A program made the translations under genes and the position numbers. 64,000 nucleotides of DNA, from contig CBDFGR010000002.1 of the NCBI GenBank assembly GCA_965247115.1, positions 2,112,001-2,176,000 on the forward strand, in the 5' to 3' direction. This document shows, in pieces, positions 50,849 to 62,239 of the stretch; the stretch's first letter is position 1, and each line of letters starts with the position of its first letter. The DNA is from Myxococcota bacterium. GTDB lineage: Bacteria; Myxococcota_A; UBA9160; SZUA-336. The notes under the pieces were generated by a model. That model searched no databases. It was not told the origin of the DNA and saw only the letters and a list, made by a program, of their open reading frames with translations.

Positions 50849-52005
50849 TAGATGGCGTTCCTCTTCAGCAGCTGCTTGGCGATCACCGTCTTCTGGATCT
50901 CGTTGGTGCCCTCACCGATGATCAAGAGCGGCGCGTCCCGGAAATAGCGCTCGATCGGGAACTCGAGGGTGTAGCCGTAGGCCCCGTGGATGCGCATGGC
51001 TTCAAGGGCAGCGTCCATGGCGAGCTCCGTCGCGAAGAGCTTGGCCATCCCCGCCTCCATGTCGACCCGTTGACCCCGGTCCTTGGCCTGGGCTGCCGCG
51101 TAGGTGAGCATGCGAGCTGCTTCGAGGCGCGTCGCCATGTCCGCGAGCTTCTCCTGGATCAGCTGGTGCTCGGCGATCGGTACGCCGAAGGTCTTGCGCT
51201 CCTGCGCGTAGCGCAGGGAGGCCTCGAGGCAGGCCCGGGCGAGCCCGACCCCGCGCGCCGCGACGTTGATGCGTCCGGTTTCGAGCCCACTCATCACGTG
51301 CTTGAAGCCGCGGCCCTCCTCGCCTCCGATCAGGTTTCCGAGTGGTACCTCGAAGTCCTGGAAGATCAGCTCGCAGGTCTTGATGCCCTTGTAGCCGAGC
51401 TTGGGGATGTCGCGACTGATCTGGAAGCCGGGGTGGCCCTTCTCGATCACGAACAGGCTCATGCCGCGGTGGGGCGGATCCGCGGACGTGTCCGTCTTCG
51501 CGAGCATGGCGAAGGTGTTGCCGTGGCGGGCATTCGTGATCCACATCTTGGTGCCGTTCACCACGTAGTGGTCGCCAACGCGCCGCGCGGTGGTGCGGAT
51601 CGCCTGCACGTCGGTGCCGGCATCGGCCTCGGAGAGTGCGAGGCCGCCTCTCCGCTCACCCGTTGCGAAGCGCGGCAGCCACGCGCGCTTCTGCTCCTCG
51701 GTCCCGAAGTACAGCACGGCGTGGGCCATGATCAGGTGCGAGTTGATCACGCCGGCGATCGAGATCCAGCCCCGAGCCAGCTCTTCGATGACGAGGGCGT
51801 AGGTCGTGTGGTCGAGACCGATCCCGCCGTAGGCTTCCGGGATGGTTGCGCCGAAGAGCCCGAGCTCCTTCAGGCGCTCGACGATTGCAGTTGGGTACTC
51901 GTCGCGGTGATCGAGCTCACTGGCGACCGGCGCGACCTCGATATCGACGAACTTGCGCACGGTCTCGACGATCAGTCGCTGATCTTCACTGAGGTCCAGG
52001 AGCAT
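50848..52005 (-). CDS. Acyl-CoA dehydrogenase
   Basis: LSEADAGTD, NGTKMWITN, IHGAYGY, IGEGTNEIQ. Confidence 0.93.
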   Translation of the reverse strand: MLLDLSEDQRLIVETVRKFVDIEVAPVASELDHRDEYPTAIVERLKELGLFGATIPEAYGGIGLDHTTYALVIEELARGWISIAGVINSHLIMAHAVLYFGTEEQKRAWLPRFATGERRGGLALSEADAGTDVQAIRTTARRVGDHYVVNGTKMWITNARHGNTFAMLAKTDTSADPPHRGMSLFVIEKGHPGFQISRDIPKLGYKGIKTCELIFQDFEVPLGNLIGGEEGRGFKHVMSGLETGRINVAARGVGLARACLEASLRYAQERKTFGVPIAEHQLIQEKLADMATRLEAARMLTYAAAQAKDRGQRVDMEAGMAKLFATELAMDAALEAMRIHGAYGYTLEFPIERYFRDAPLLIIGEGTNEIQKTVIAKQLLKRNAI

Positions 52006-52104
52006 CGTTACTCTCCCCGGCTACGGATGGCGCGGGCCAGACGTATGATGGCAGGATCGGGCGGCTATCTAAAGCCCGCCGCTCATCTGGGGTACGCTCT
52101 CGGC

Positions 52105-53301
52105 ATGCCACCAGAACAGACCCTCCCGGACGGTCGCGAGCATCCCCTCTCCGACGTGCGCGTCATCGATCTCACCCAGTACGAGGCGGGTCCCTCCGCG
52201 ACCCAGCTCCTCGCATGGCTCGGCGCGGATGTGATCAAGGTGGAGCCTCCCGGCGGCGACCCTGCGCGACAGCTCGCAGGGGCGACGCCGGAACGCGACA
52301 GCGCGTTCTTCGTGCTCTACAACCAGAGCAAGCGGAGCGTCGTGCTCGATCTGGCCAAGGACGGGGGGCGTAGGCAGCTCGACCGACTGCTCGAGAGCGC
52401 GGACGTTCTGGCCGAGAACTTCGCGCCCGGCACCCTCGCGCGGCTCGGCCTGGCGCCCGAGCGGCTCGGTGAGGCGTTCCCGCGTCTGGTCGTCGCCTCG
52501 ATCCGCGGCTACCGCTCCGGGGGGCCGTGGTCGGACTACAAGTCGCTCGATTTTGTCGGACAGGCCACTGGGGGCGGGATGAGCGTCACCGGCGAGGCCG
52601 ATCGGCCCCCCGTCCGCATGGGTTCGACCGTCGCAGACAGCGGCAGCGGTGTGCACCTCGCGCTCGGGATCCTGGCCGCTCTGCACCGGCGCTTTCGCAC
52701 GGGCCGTGGGGGCCGCGTTGAGGTCGCGCTGCAGGACGCCGTACTGAACCTGACGCGCACGGCGCTCGTGCCCACCTACGTAACGGGCGCACCGAACGTG
52801 CGCAGCGGCGACCGCTACGTCGGATCCGCGCCGAGCGGTGTGTTCGCCTGCCGGCCGGGCGGGCCGAACGACTACGTCTACATCCTGCTCTCGTCACGGC
52901 GCCACTGGGAGGCGCTGCTGCGCGCGATCGAGCGCCAGGACCTGCGAGACGATCCGCGCTACGCGCGCCAGTCGCAGCGCAACGCCCGTGAGGACGAGGT
53001 CTGCGAGATCGTCAGTGCCTGGACGCGTCGTCACGACAAGATCGCGGCCATGGAGCGCCTGTCGGAGTTCGGCGTGGCCTGCGGGGCGGTGCTCGATACG
53101 GGAGAAGTGCTGCAGAACCGGCACCTGCGCGAATCCGGCATGATCGTGGAGCAGGATCAGCCGGGCTGGGGGCGCCTTGCGCTACCGGGCTGCCCCATTC
53201 GGCTGGACGGCCCGCCGCCGCCGATCACCCCAGCACCCGCTCTGGGCGCCGATACGGGGGAGCTGCTCGACGAGCTCGACGAGGGCAGTGATGATGCCTA
53301 G
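52105..53301 (+). CDS. Class III CoA-transferase (formyl-CoA transferase-like)
   Basis: DLTQYEAGP, LGADVIKVEPP, NQSKRS, ENFAPG, ADSGSG. Confidence 0.9.
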   Translation: MPPEQTLPDGREHPLSDVRVIDLTQYEAGPSATQLLAWLGADVIKVEPPGGDPARQLAGATPERDSAFFVLYNQSKRSVVLDLAKDGGRRQLDRLLESADVLAENFAPGTLARLGLAPERLGEAFPRLVVASIRGYRSGGPWSDYKSLDFVGQATGGGMSVTGEADRPPVRMGSTVADSGSGVHLALGILAALHRRFRTGRGGRVEVALQDAVLNLTRTALVPTYVTGAPNVRSGDRYVGSAPSGVFACRPGGPNDYVYILLSSRRHWEALLRAIERQDLRDDPRYARQSQRNAREDEVCEIVSAWTRRHDKIAAMERLSEFGVACGAVLDTGEVLQNRHLRESGMIVEQDQPGWGRLALPGCPIRLDGPPPPITPAPALGADTGELLDELDEGSDDA

Positions 53302-55835
53302 TTCCCGAAACGATACCGCAGCTTGACTACGAAGTTCTCGACGATGGGATCTTCGAAGGCATCGCTGAACAGATCGGAGAAGTCGGAATCACCGCTTTGC
53401 AGCAGGCTGTTCCCCAGGTTGTAGACCAGATAGAGATCCGTCAGCGGGGCGATCTCCCAACGATAACGCAGCTGCGTGGTGAGGATATTCACGGTGAAAT
53501 CGTGATCGGGTAAGGTAGGCGGCGCCGATACCAGATCTCCATCGCCGACAGGCACCTCGAAGAACCCGCGCTCAGCGGCTCGCACGCCTACCCACTGCAG
53601 CGACATGCGCAGCTCGTGCCTGGGCGCAATGAACCAGCTCACAGCCACGTTCGTTTGCCAATCTCGCGCGTGGTAGCTACCGAAGTTGCGCCCTCCCTGG
53701 TAGACGATCCAACCGTGGCGATGCTTGTAGCGCACGTCCAGGTCGACTGAGAGCCAGTCACTCGGACGATAGGTGACACCAGCGGCCGCGTTGTAGGACC
53801 AGTCACCGAGATTCTCCTGCAGCACACCGATGCTTGCCGAGTAACTCAGCTTCCGGGCCGAATCCGTGGCGATCTGAATATCTGCCCACCAACGGTCTTC
53901 GGTTCTGTAGGCGCCATTCCCGCGGCTATCGACGTCCTCCCACCGCTTGGGCATGTAAGCGAGCGCGGTCTTGAGCGTGTTGCGGCCTGGCAGGACCATC
54001 GAGTTTCGCCAGAACACGCCGCTGTCCACGACTTGCCCTTCGCTCTTGTTGTATTCCTGGCGAAAGGCAACGGTACCCCGAACGTCTTCGAAGTAGCGGG
54101 TAGCCTTGGGCTTGTTGTAGGAAAAGACGTACTGGGCAGCGAAGTAGTCGTTCCGGCGAAGGAAGCCTGCGTCGTCGAGCTCGACGTCTTCGTCAAAGAA
54201 GTCGAGCTCAAGCTTGTGCTGAATGCGATGACTCTGTGCGTACCTGATATCGAAGAGCGCGCCGTAACCCGTTCGATCGTCAACATCACTGGCTACGAGC
54301 TGAGCATCTGCGATCCACCGGCCGTTGGCGCTCGTGAAGTGACCATCCACGCCGTGGACGACCGCATCATATGCCGGTCCGCTCACGAGCGTGCCGAGGT
54401 AACCAACGGACTTGCGGCTGCTGCCAATACCTTCAAAGAGGATTCGACCCACGGCGAAGTCCCGGCCCGAGTCCTTGATATCGGCGCTGTTGCCAAAGGC
54501 GTCTGTGCCGAACCACTTGACATCGTCCTCGGACGCGCCGAGTGCTCCATAGCGCAGGTTCCCGACGGTTCCGGTCAATTTGCCCGCGCCGAGCAGATCG
54601 GTGGGTAGATCCCGCTCGCCCGGGTCAGGTGTGATGCCGTTCGGCACCGTCACCTGAGTGGCGGTCCCACCAATGCGGCGAGTGTTCAGCAACGATATCG
54701 GCGGCGGGAGAAACTCGGACCGAGAGACGTTCCGAGACGTGGTCGCGAAATTGTCGTTGGTCAGCAGGGTCAAGGTGTTGTAAAAGCTCGAACGAGGGGT
54801 CGACTCGAAGACCTGGTCGCCTTCCAGGAAGAACACCCGTTTCTCGGGAAAGAACGTCTCGAATGCGGTCAGGTTGAGGACCACGTCATCGGCTTCCACG
54901 GCCCCGAAGTCCGGATACGCACTAGCGGTCAACCCGAGCGCGGGTGAAGGTCTCCAGAAGAGGTCGGCACCCGCTCGAGCCTCGTCCTCGTCTCGGGCCT
55001 GGTCTACGGTGATGGAGCTGTACGGGATGGCGTAATACTGCTGCCTCGCCTCCACGCCGGTGACTTCCATCGTGTTCAAGGCGGTCACGAATCGAGACGA
55101 CGCATACGGATAGCCGGGCCATTGGTACTGCTCGTTGGTATGTGAGACCTGTCGGTTCGTCGAAAAGCCGATCGTTCGCGGCCCATCGACCTTCGGCAGG
55201 TCCATCATCGACCACGGCAGCAGCAGCTCGACACTCCAGCCGTCTTCAAACCGGGCGGTCTTGCCGATCCAGGGTCCATCCCAGTCACCCTCGTACTCAG
55301 ACTCTGGCAGCACCTTGCCATCCATCAGCGAATCGCCGAGCCCAATGATGAACCAGTACGCAAACAGACCCTGACCTGTGGTGTCGAGCGTGATCCCAAA
55401 GCTATCGCGATCGATGAAGTTGTCGCGCTTCGACATCCGAGCAACCAACGTGTCCGGCGGCTGATACAGGACCGCACTGACGAAGAGCCCACGATCTGTA
55501 GCCAGAAGCCGCAGCTCGGTGGGGTATTGCGCCGGTTCACTGGTACCAGGTACGTAAACCAACATGTTGTCGTAGTGGGGCACTTGCTGCCAGATAGGCT
55601 CGTCGACTCGCCCGTCAACGACGATCGTGGCGTCGCGGTCAGGATGACTCTGCACCACGATGTGATGGTGCGGTATGCCTTCGACATACCCGATGACTTC
55701 CTGACGACCGCTGGTTGCAGCAAAGGCCGGTGCGACCACGAAAGCCGCGCACAGAGCCGCAACGGCTCCGAGGATGGCCCCAACGGAGAGGGCCCGGGGA
55801 GTCATCCGCGGTTGGGGCATTGAGCATTTGCTCAT
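53298..55835 (-). CDS. Exported outer-membrane-type protein (CBM9-like/DUF5916-like)
   Basis: Signal peptide, VDGRVDEP.W, PDFGAVEAD, LNL..ETFFPEKR.FFLEG, C-terminal KLRYRF. Confidence 0.75.
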   Translation of the reverse strand: MSKCSMPQPRMTPRALSVGAILGAVAALCAAFVVAPAFAATSGRQEVIGYVEGIPHHHIVVQSHPDRDATIVVDGRVDEPIWQQVPHYDNMLVYVPGTSEPAQYPTELRLLATDRGLFVSAVLYQPPDTLVARMSKRDNFIDRDSFGITLDTTGQGLFAYWFIIGLGDSLMDGKVLPESEYEGDWDGPWIGKTARFEDGWSVELLLPWSMMDLPKVDGPRTIGFSTNRQVSHTNEQYQWPGYPYASSRFVTALNTMEVTGVEARQQYYAIPYSSITVDQARDEDEARAGADLFWRPSPALGLTASAYPDFGAVEADDVVLNLTAFETFFPEKRVFFLEGDQVFESTPRSSFYNTLTLLTNDNFATTSRNVSRSEFLPPPISLLNTRRIGGTATQVTVPNGITPDPGERDLPTDLLGAGKLTGTVGNLRYGALGASEDDVKWFGTDAFGNSADIKDSGRDFAVGRILFEGIGSSRKSVGYLGTLVSGPAYDAVVHGVDGHFTSANGRWIADAQLVASDVDDRTGYGALFDIRYAQSHRIQHKLELDFFDEDVELDDAGFLRRNDYFAAQYVFSYNKPKATRYFEDVRGTVAFRQEYNKSEGQVVDSGVFWRNSMVLPGRNTLKTALAYMPKRWEDVDSRGNGAYRTEDRWWADIQIATDSARKLSYSASIGVLQENLGDWSYNAAAGVTYRPSDWLSVDLDVRYKHRHGWIVYQGGRNFGSYHARDWQTNVAVSWFIAPRHELRMSLQWVGVRAAERGFFEVPVGDGDLVSAPPTLPDHDFTVNILTTQLRYRWEIAPLTDLYLVYNLGNSLLQSGDSDFSDLFSDAFEDPIVENFVVKLRYRFGN

Positions 55836-55894
55836 CTTTTGTTCGCCAGGATGGCAGCGGACGAGCCGAGGGTCAAGGCAGGGTTGGGGGACGC

Positions 55895-57168
55895 CTAGTT
55901 CCCGAAACGATACCGGAGCTTGACTACGAAGTTCTCGACAATGGGATCTTTGAAGGCGTCGCTGAACAGCTCGGAGAAGTCGGAATCACCGTTTCACAGC
56001 AAGCTGTTACCCAGGTTGTAGACCAGATAGAGATCCGTCAACGGAGCTATCTCCCAGCGATAGCGCACCTGCGCGGTGAGGATGTTCACCGTGAAGTCGT
56101 GATCGGGTAACGTGCGTTGCGCCGGTACCAGCTCTCCATCGCCGACAGGCACCTCGAAGAAACCCCGCTCATCAGCTCGTACCCCCACCCACTGCAACGA
56201 CACTCGCAGCTTGTGCTGGGGCGCGATGAACCAGTTCACGTCGAGGCTCGGACGCACTGCCGGTGAAGCCGAGCGCGGGGGAGGGTTTCCAGAATAGGTC
56301 GGCACCCGCTCGAACCTCGTCTTCATTCCGGGCCTGGTCGATGGTGATGGAGCTGTACGGAATGGTAGTACTGCTGCCTCGACTCTATGCCGCTGACTTC
56401 CATCGTATTCAAGGCGGTGACGAGTCGCGACGACGCGTACGGATAGCCGGGCCACTGGTACTGCTCGGTGGTATGGGAGACCTGGCGGTTCGTCGCAAAG
56501 CCGAACGTTCGCGGCCCATCGATCTTGGGCAGGTCCATCATCGACCACGGCAGCAGCAGCTCGACACTCCAGCCGCCTTCGAAGCGGGCGGTCTTGGCGA
56601 TCCAGGTTCCATCCCAGTCACTCTGGTATTCATACTCTGGCAGGACCTTGCCATCCGTCAGCGAGTCGCCGAGCGCGGTGATGAACCAGTACGCAAACAG
56701 ACCCTGGCCCGTGGTGTCGAGCGTGAATCCGAAGCTATCGCGATCGATGAAGTCGTCGCGGTTCGTCATGCGAGCAACCAACGTGTCCGGAGGCTGATAC
56801 AGGACCGCACTGACGAAGAGTCCCTGATCCGTGGCGAAGAGGCGCAACTCGGTGGGGTACTGCGCCGGCGCACTGGTGCCCGGGACGTACACCAGCATGT
56901 TGTCGTAGCGGGGCAGCTGCTGCCAGAGGGGCTCGTCGACTCGCCCGTCGATGACGATCTGGGCTTCGTTTTCGGGAAGAGTCGATACCACGATGTGATG
57001 GTGCGGTACGCCCTCGACGTAGCCGATGATCTCCTGACGACCGCTGGTTGCAGCGAAGGCCGGAGGGACCACGAAGGCCAGGCACAGAGCCGCAACGGTC
57101 CGGAGGACGGCCCCGACAGAAAGGGCCCGGGGATTCACCCGCGGTTGGGGCCTTGAGCATTTGCTCAT
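55895..57168 (-). pseudogene. Tandem diverged paralog of 53298-55835 with frameshifts and about 1.3-kb internal deletion
   Basis: Same N- and C-termini (MSKCS.., KLRYRFGN); middle missing at about 56255. Confidence 0.88.
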
Positions 57169-57258
57169 CTTTGCCGCCAGGATGCCGGTGGACGACTCGA
57201 GGGTCAAGGCAGGTATGATGGTCGTCAGAACCCGAATTCCCAAGGTTGGAGGGGTACG

Positions 57259-59271
57259 ATGGACGCTCACGTGGTGGAACCAACAGCTGCCGAGGCACGG
57301 GCTCGACGAATCCTGCTAGCGGGCCTCTGCTTGGGCCTCGTCGCAGTGCATGCTGGCTCGCTCCATGCCCAGCAGTCGACGGCCCATGGGGAATGGAGTA
57401 GCTACGGAGGAGACAAAGCAAACACGAAGTATTCCCCTCTGGCTCAGATCGATCGTGACAACGTCAGCAAGCTTCGCGTTCTGTGGCGCCGGCCAGCCGT
57501 AGATCCAGGGATCATCGAGGCGTTTCCCGACCTCGACCCATCCAACACTTTCCAGTCGACCCCGCTCATGCTTGGCGGTGTGCTCTATGCGCCGAACGGT
57601 GTCGGGCTGGTGGAAGCGTTCGATCCCGGGACCGGTGAGTCGCTCTGGATTCAGGAGCCGCTCCATGAGGGATTTCAGGGCGTGGCCGGGCGCGGCACGC
57701 GGGGGGTCGCTCACTGGCGCGACGGTTCGGGCCAACGAATCTTCTCGGTGCGAGGCAAATATCTCGTGTCGATGAGCGCGGAGACCGGGAGCCTGGTTCG
57801 AGACTTTGGCGACCGCGGGAAGGTGGACCTCTCGAGAGACGGCCCCAGTGGGCCGTTTCCCGCCGGCGGGACGTCAGGCCCCGTCGTTGTGGGCGACGTG
57901 GTCATCGTCGGCGGTGCCGGCGCCGACGATTTCGGGGTGCGGCAGGAGGCAGCTGCGGAAGATGTCCGGGGCTATGACGTGCGGACCGGCCGTCTGCGCT
58001 GGACCTTCCATGTGCTGCCGCGGCCGGGGGAATTCGGCTTCGAGACATGGGAGAACGACTCCTGGAAGGCCGGCGGGGCGATGGGCGCCTGGCCACCACT
58101 CACAGTGGATGAGGAGCTCGGCTACATCTATTTGCCACTGTCGTCCCCGATGCACGCCTTCTACGGCGGCGACCGGCCCGGGCAGAATCTCTTTGGCAAC
58201 AGCCTCGTGTGCCTCGACGCCAAGACCGGCGAGCGGGTGTGGCACTACCAGCTCGTGCATCACGACCTGTGGGACTACGAGCTGGCGTCGGCTCCTGTGC
58301 TCGGCGACATCACCGTCGACGGGAAGCCCATCAAGGCGGTGATGCAGATCACCAAGCAGGGCTTCCTGTTCGTGTTTGACCGCGCGACGGGTGAGCCGGT
58401 GTGGCCGATTGAAGAGCGGCCGGTGCCGGCGTCTACAACGCCGGGGGAGAGGGCATGGCCGACGCAGCCTTTCCCGACCAAGCCCGCCCCGTTCGACCGT
58501 CAGGGGGCGACCATTGACGATCTGATCGACTTCACGCCGGAGCTGCGCGCCGAGGCGCTCGAGATTGTCAAGCCGTACGTGCTGGGGCCGCTCTTCACGC
58601 CGCCGTCGGTGGCGGCGCAGGGGCATACCCAGGGTACGATCAGCGTCCCCGGGGCGTTCGGTGCCGGGAACTGGCAGGGTGGGGCGTTCGAGCCCGAGAC
58701 CGGAATCTTCTATATCGCCTCGCACACGAACCCGTACGTGAACGATCTCATCAGGCCCGCCCCGCTGCTCGAGGCGACGACGCCCTACACCCATGGCCCA
58801 GAGGGGGCGCCGCTCGCGGAGACCGAGTGCTGTGAGCAGTACGATGTCTATGGTCCGGAAGGTCTACCGCTCTTCAAGCCGCCCTACGGGCGCATTACGG
58901 CGATCGATATGAATACGGGCGAGCACGTGTGGATGGCGCCGAACGGAGACGGGCCGCGCGATCACCCGCGGTTGCGGCACCTGAATCTGCCTCCCCTCGG
59001 GCAGCAAGGCCGCCCGGCTCCTCTACTCACGAAGACGCTGCTCTTCATTGGTGAGGGCGATCCGATCATCGGTGGGACCCCGAAAGGCGGTGGGGGAAAG
59101 AAGTTTCGCGCCTACGACAAGGCCACGGGCAGCGTCCTGTGGGAAACCGAGCTGGAGGCAGGTACCACCGGGGCGCCGATGAGCTATCTGTGGAACGGCA
59201 AGCAGTACATCGTGGTAGCCATCGGAGGTGAGGATCACGCCGCTGAGTGGGTCGCGCTGGGTCTCCCCTGA
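57259..59271 (+). CDS. PQQ-dependent dehydrogenase (glucose/quinate type, exported)
   Basis: YSPLAQID, HHDLWDYE, EERPVP, PTQPFP, KPPYGRITAID, GKQYIV. Confidence 0.9.
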   Translation: MDAHVVEPTAAEARARRILLAGLCLGLVAVHAGSLHAQQSTAHGEWSSYGGDKANTKYSPLAQIDRDNVSKLRVLWRRPAVDPGIIEAFPDLDPSNTFQSTPLMLGGVLYAPNGVGLVEAFDPGTGESLWIQEPLHEGFQGVAGRGTRGVAHWRDGSGQRIFSVRGKYLVSMSAETGSLVRDFGDRGKVDLSRDGPSGPFPAGGTSGPVVVGDVVIVGGAGADDFGVRQEAAAEDVRGYDVRTGRLRWTFHVLPRPGEFGFETWENDSWKAGGAMGAWPPLTVDEELGYIYLPLSSPMHAFYGGDRPGQNLFGNSLVCLDAKTGERVWHYQLVHHDLWDYELASAPVLGDITVDGKPIKAVMQITKQGFLFVFDRATGEPVWPIEERPVPASTTPGERAWPTQPFPTKPAPFDRQGATIDDLIDFTPELRAEALEIVKPYVLGPLFTPPSVAAQGHTQGTISVPGAFGAGNWQGGAFEPETGIFYIASHTNPYVNDLIRPAPLLEATTPYTHGPEGAPLAETECCEQYDVYGPEGLPLFKPPYGRITAIDMNTGEHVWMAPNGDGPRDHPRLRHLNLPPLGQQGRPAPLLTKTLLFIGEGDPIIGGTPKGGGGKKFRAYDKATGSVLWETELEAGTTGAPMSYLWNGKQYIVVAIGGEDHAAEWVALGLP

Positions 59272-59318
59272 GGCGCTGAGCGCGACCGCAGGACGCACGC
59301 CTGCCTCCAAGCCTGGAG

Positions 59319-60026
59319 CTAGTCGAGATACCTGGCCAGGTGGGAGTAGAGCATCTCGCGTGCCTCGCGGCGGAGCTCGTTGGCATGTTGCGCGTGCCTG
59401 CCTCTCGCGAGATCTTGGACGAGGGTGGAGGTGGAGCAGAAGAGCTCCCCGACGTAGAGGAGCTGCCTTCTCGGAGCCTTGACTCCACGCCGCTCCGCAG
59501 CCTTCGCGAACTGCCGGGCCAGGGTCCGGTCGGCCTGCCTGTCTACGGCCCGCAGCTCCGGAAGGGCGGAGATCGCTTTTCGTATCGCCACGAAGCCGGG
59601 CAGCTCGGCAGTTCTCCTGGCGTACTCCGCACCATAGCCACGGAGAACCTCGCGCCAGTCTCGATCGAGATCGGCCAGACCCTCGAAGCGTTGGAACGCC
59701 GCAACCTCTGCAGCGACGGTGCGCAGCGCCAACGCCGTCAGAATCGTGAACTTGTCCTCGAAGTAGATGTAGATGGCGCTTACGGGGATCCCGGCCCGCT
59801 CGGCGATCAGGTTCGTGTTGAACCCGTCCACCCCCTCGTCCTCGAGGACCTCTGCCGCGGTCTGGAGGATGAGACCGATGCGCTTCTTCGCGCGCTCCTG
59901 GATCGGCTGCGACCGCAGGATCCCCGCTAGGTCCTCGATGCTGCTGCTCAAACGCTCGGCCCTTTCAAAGACTCCGATTGACGAAGAGGAGTACTGGAGA
60001 GTATCGTCAGGATCAAAACTGAGCAA
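59319..60026 (-). CDS. TetR/AcrR-family regulator (start uncertain)
   Basis: PIQERAK..TNLIAERAGIPVSAIYIYFEDK. Confidence 0.85.
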   Translation of the reverse strand: MLSFDPDDTLQYSSSSIGVFERAERLSSSIEDLAGILRSQPIQERAKKRIGLILQTAAEVLEDEGVDGFNTNLIAERAGIPVSAIYIYFEDKFTILTALALRTVAAEVAAFQRFEGLADLDRDWREVLRGYGAEYARRTAELPGFVAIRKAISALPELRAVDRQADRTLARQFAKAAERRGVKAPRRQLLYVGELFCSTSTLVQDLARGRHAQHANELRREAREMLYSHLARYLD

Positions 60027-60120
60027 ATACTCTAACCCGCGTTACGAGCCCGCGTAACCCTGGTACCGCTCCGCGCCCTGCCCGTGGTAACGTCCCGGAT
60101 CTGATTTCTCAGGGGATTTC

Positions 60121-62220
60121 ATGCACTGCGGCGTAAGTCTTCTAGCAGCCATCACCGTTCTGCTGCTGCCGAGTGTCGAGCTGTCTGCGCAGGAAACCGA
60201 GCCTTCCGCCGTTGCGCAGACGGAAGCGCAAGGGGCGATCGAGGAGATCATCGTCACCGCGGAACGGCGCCCCACCGTTCTGCTGGAGACTCCGGCGTCC
60301 ATCTCCGTGGTCTCGGCCGAGGAGATCCTGACCGCCAGGCCCGCGCTGGGGCTCGACGAGGCCCTCGACATGGTGCCCGGCGTCTTCGCGCAGTCCGCAC
60401 GCAACTTTTCGCAGGACACGCGCGTCTCGATTCGCGGTTTCGGTTCGCGCGCGGAGTTCGGCGTGCGCGGCATAAAGGTGCTCGTCGACGGAGTGCCGAA
60501 CACGCTGCCGGACGGCCAGACAGAGCTGGACTCGCTCGAGCTGGATTTTGTCGATCGCATCGAGGTCGTCCGCGGTCCGGTCTCGTCCCTCTACGGAGGC
60601 GGTGGCGGCGGCCTGATCTCGGTCTCCACGATCGAGCCGAGCCCAGAGCCACGGGTCACGCTCCGCACCCTGTTCGGTACGGACCACCTATCGAAGTACT
60701 CGGCGACCGTCACTGGAACCCACGGGGCGACGGGCTACGCAGCCGGCCTGGTCAGGACGCGGCAGAGCGCCTACCGGGACCACAACCGCGCGGAGCAGAC
60801 GGTGCTCATGACGAAGCTCCGGCGCGAGATCGAGGGGGGGGCGCAGCTCGGCCTGAACTTCTCCGCGGTCTGGGCGCCGGAAGCGCAGGATGCGGGGGGG
60901 CTCAGGGCCACGGAGGTGTCCGCGGATCGGAAGCAAGCGCGCTCGGCGAACGTCATCCGCGATGCGGGGGAGAAGCTCAACCAGCAGAAGCTGTCGGTCT
61001 CCCTGCGGCAACCGCTCGGTCAGGATCACGAGGTCAAGGCTGTCGCGTACGTGGTCTGGCGCGATTTCTCGAACTCGCTCCCGATCGACCGCCGGGTCGA
61101 CTTCGACCGGACGATCACGGGGGGTTCCCTCCAGTATCTGGGTGCCTCCGGCATCGTCAGCTGGATTGCCGGCCTCGACGTGGACATTCAGAAGGACAGG
61201 CGGCGCAACTACAGGAACGAGTTTGGCGCACGCGGGGACCTCACGCTGAGCCAGTCAGAGACCGTGCGCGCCGTCGGTCCCTTCGCGCAGGTCGAGGTCG
61301 CCTTACCCCACGACTTCAGTGTGGTGGCGGGCGCGCGCTACGACTGGGTCGAGTTTGTCGTCGGGGATCGTTTCGTGACCCCGACAAACGGAGACCGCTC
61401 CGATCGCATGCGCTTTCGCGAGCTCTCGCCGCGCCTCGGCATACACTGGGGGCGAAGCCCGGCGCTGCAGCTCTACGCCAATCTGGCCACGGGATTCCGC
61501 GTGCCCACCACGACCGAGCTGTCCCCTTCCGATGCCAACGGTGGCTTCTCTTCGGACCTCGATCCCGAGCGGAGCGTCGGGCTCGAGGTCGGTGCCAAGG
61601 GTCTGCTGTGGGAACGGATCTACTACGACCTGGCGCTCTTCGATATGCGGATCGACGACGTGGCCGTCGAGTTCGAGGATCCGACCGGGCAGTCCCTGTT
61701 CCGAGACGCAGGCGAAGCGCGACGACGTGGTGTGGAGTTCGCGTTCTCCGCATCCCTGACGCCAGGCCTCAGCATGCGCGCGGGCTACACGTACGCGGAT
61801 TATCGCTACAAGGACTTCAAGGTCATCGGAACAACAACGGAGTTCGACGGGAACCGCGAGCCCAACACGCCAAAGCACAGCGTTACTGCGGAGCTGCGTG
61901 GCGAGCTACCCTCGGGCGTCTACGGCACACTCGCGCTTCGCCACTTCTCCGACATCGAGGTGAACGACGCGAACTGCGCTGAGAGCTCTGGGTCGACGCT
62001 CTCTGACGCGCGTGTGGGCTGGCAGCTGGAACGAGGAGACACGATCTTCGAGTCCTTCCTCGGCGCGCGAAACTGGAGCGGTGCGCGCTTCAACGGCTCC
62101 CTTCGACCGAACTCCTTCTCGATCTTCAACCCGGACACTTGCAGGGTGATCGTCCCGGGTCGCTACTACGAGCCGGCTCCAGAGACCGAGCTGTACATGG
62201 GAGTGCAGGTCCGCTTCTGA
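60121..62220 (+). CDS. TonB-dependent receptor
   Basis: IEEIIVTA, IEVVRGPVSSLYG, YYEPAP, terminal F. Confidence 0.9.
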   Translation: MHCGVSLLAAITVLLLPSVELSAQETEPSAVAQTEAQGAIEEIIVTAERRPTVLLETPASISVVSAEEILTARPALGLDEALDMVPGVFAQSARNFSQDTRVSIRGFGSRAEFGVRGIKVLVDGVPNTLPDGQTELDSLELDFVDRIEVVRGPVSSLYGGGGGGLISVSTIEPSPEPRVTLRTLFGTDHLSKYSATVTGTHGATGYAAGLVRTRQSAYRDHNRAEQTVLMTKLRREIEGGAQLGLNFSAVWAPEAQDAGGLRATEVSADRKQARSANVIRDAGEKLNQQKLSVSLRQPLGQDHEVKAVAYVVWRDFSNSLPIDRRVDFDRTITGGSLQYLGASGIVSWIAGLDVDIQKDRRRNYRNEFGARGDLTLSQSETVRAVGPFAQVEVALPHDFSVVAGARYDWVEFVVGDRFVTPTNGDRSDRMRFRELSPRLGIHWGRSPALQLYANLATGFRVPTTTELSPSDANGGFSSDLDPERSVGLEVGAKGLLWERIYYDLALFDMRIDDVAVEFEDPTGQSLFRDAGEARRRGVEFAFSASLTPGLSMRAGYTYADYRYKDFKVIGTTTEFDGNREPNTPKHSVTAELRGELPSGVYGTLALRHFSDIEVNDANCAESSGSTLSDARVGWQLERGDTIFESFLGARNWSGARFNGSLRPNSFSIFNPDTCRVIVPGRYYEPAPETELYMGVQVRF

Positions 62221-62239
62221 GGGATCGAGGTCGATCGCT

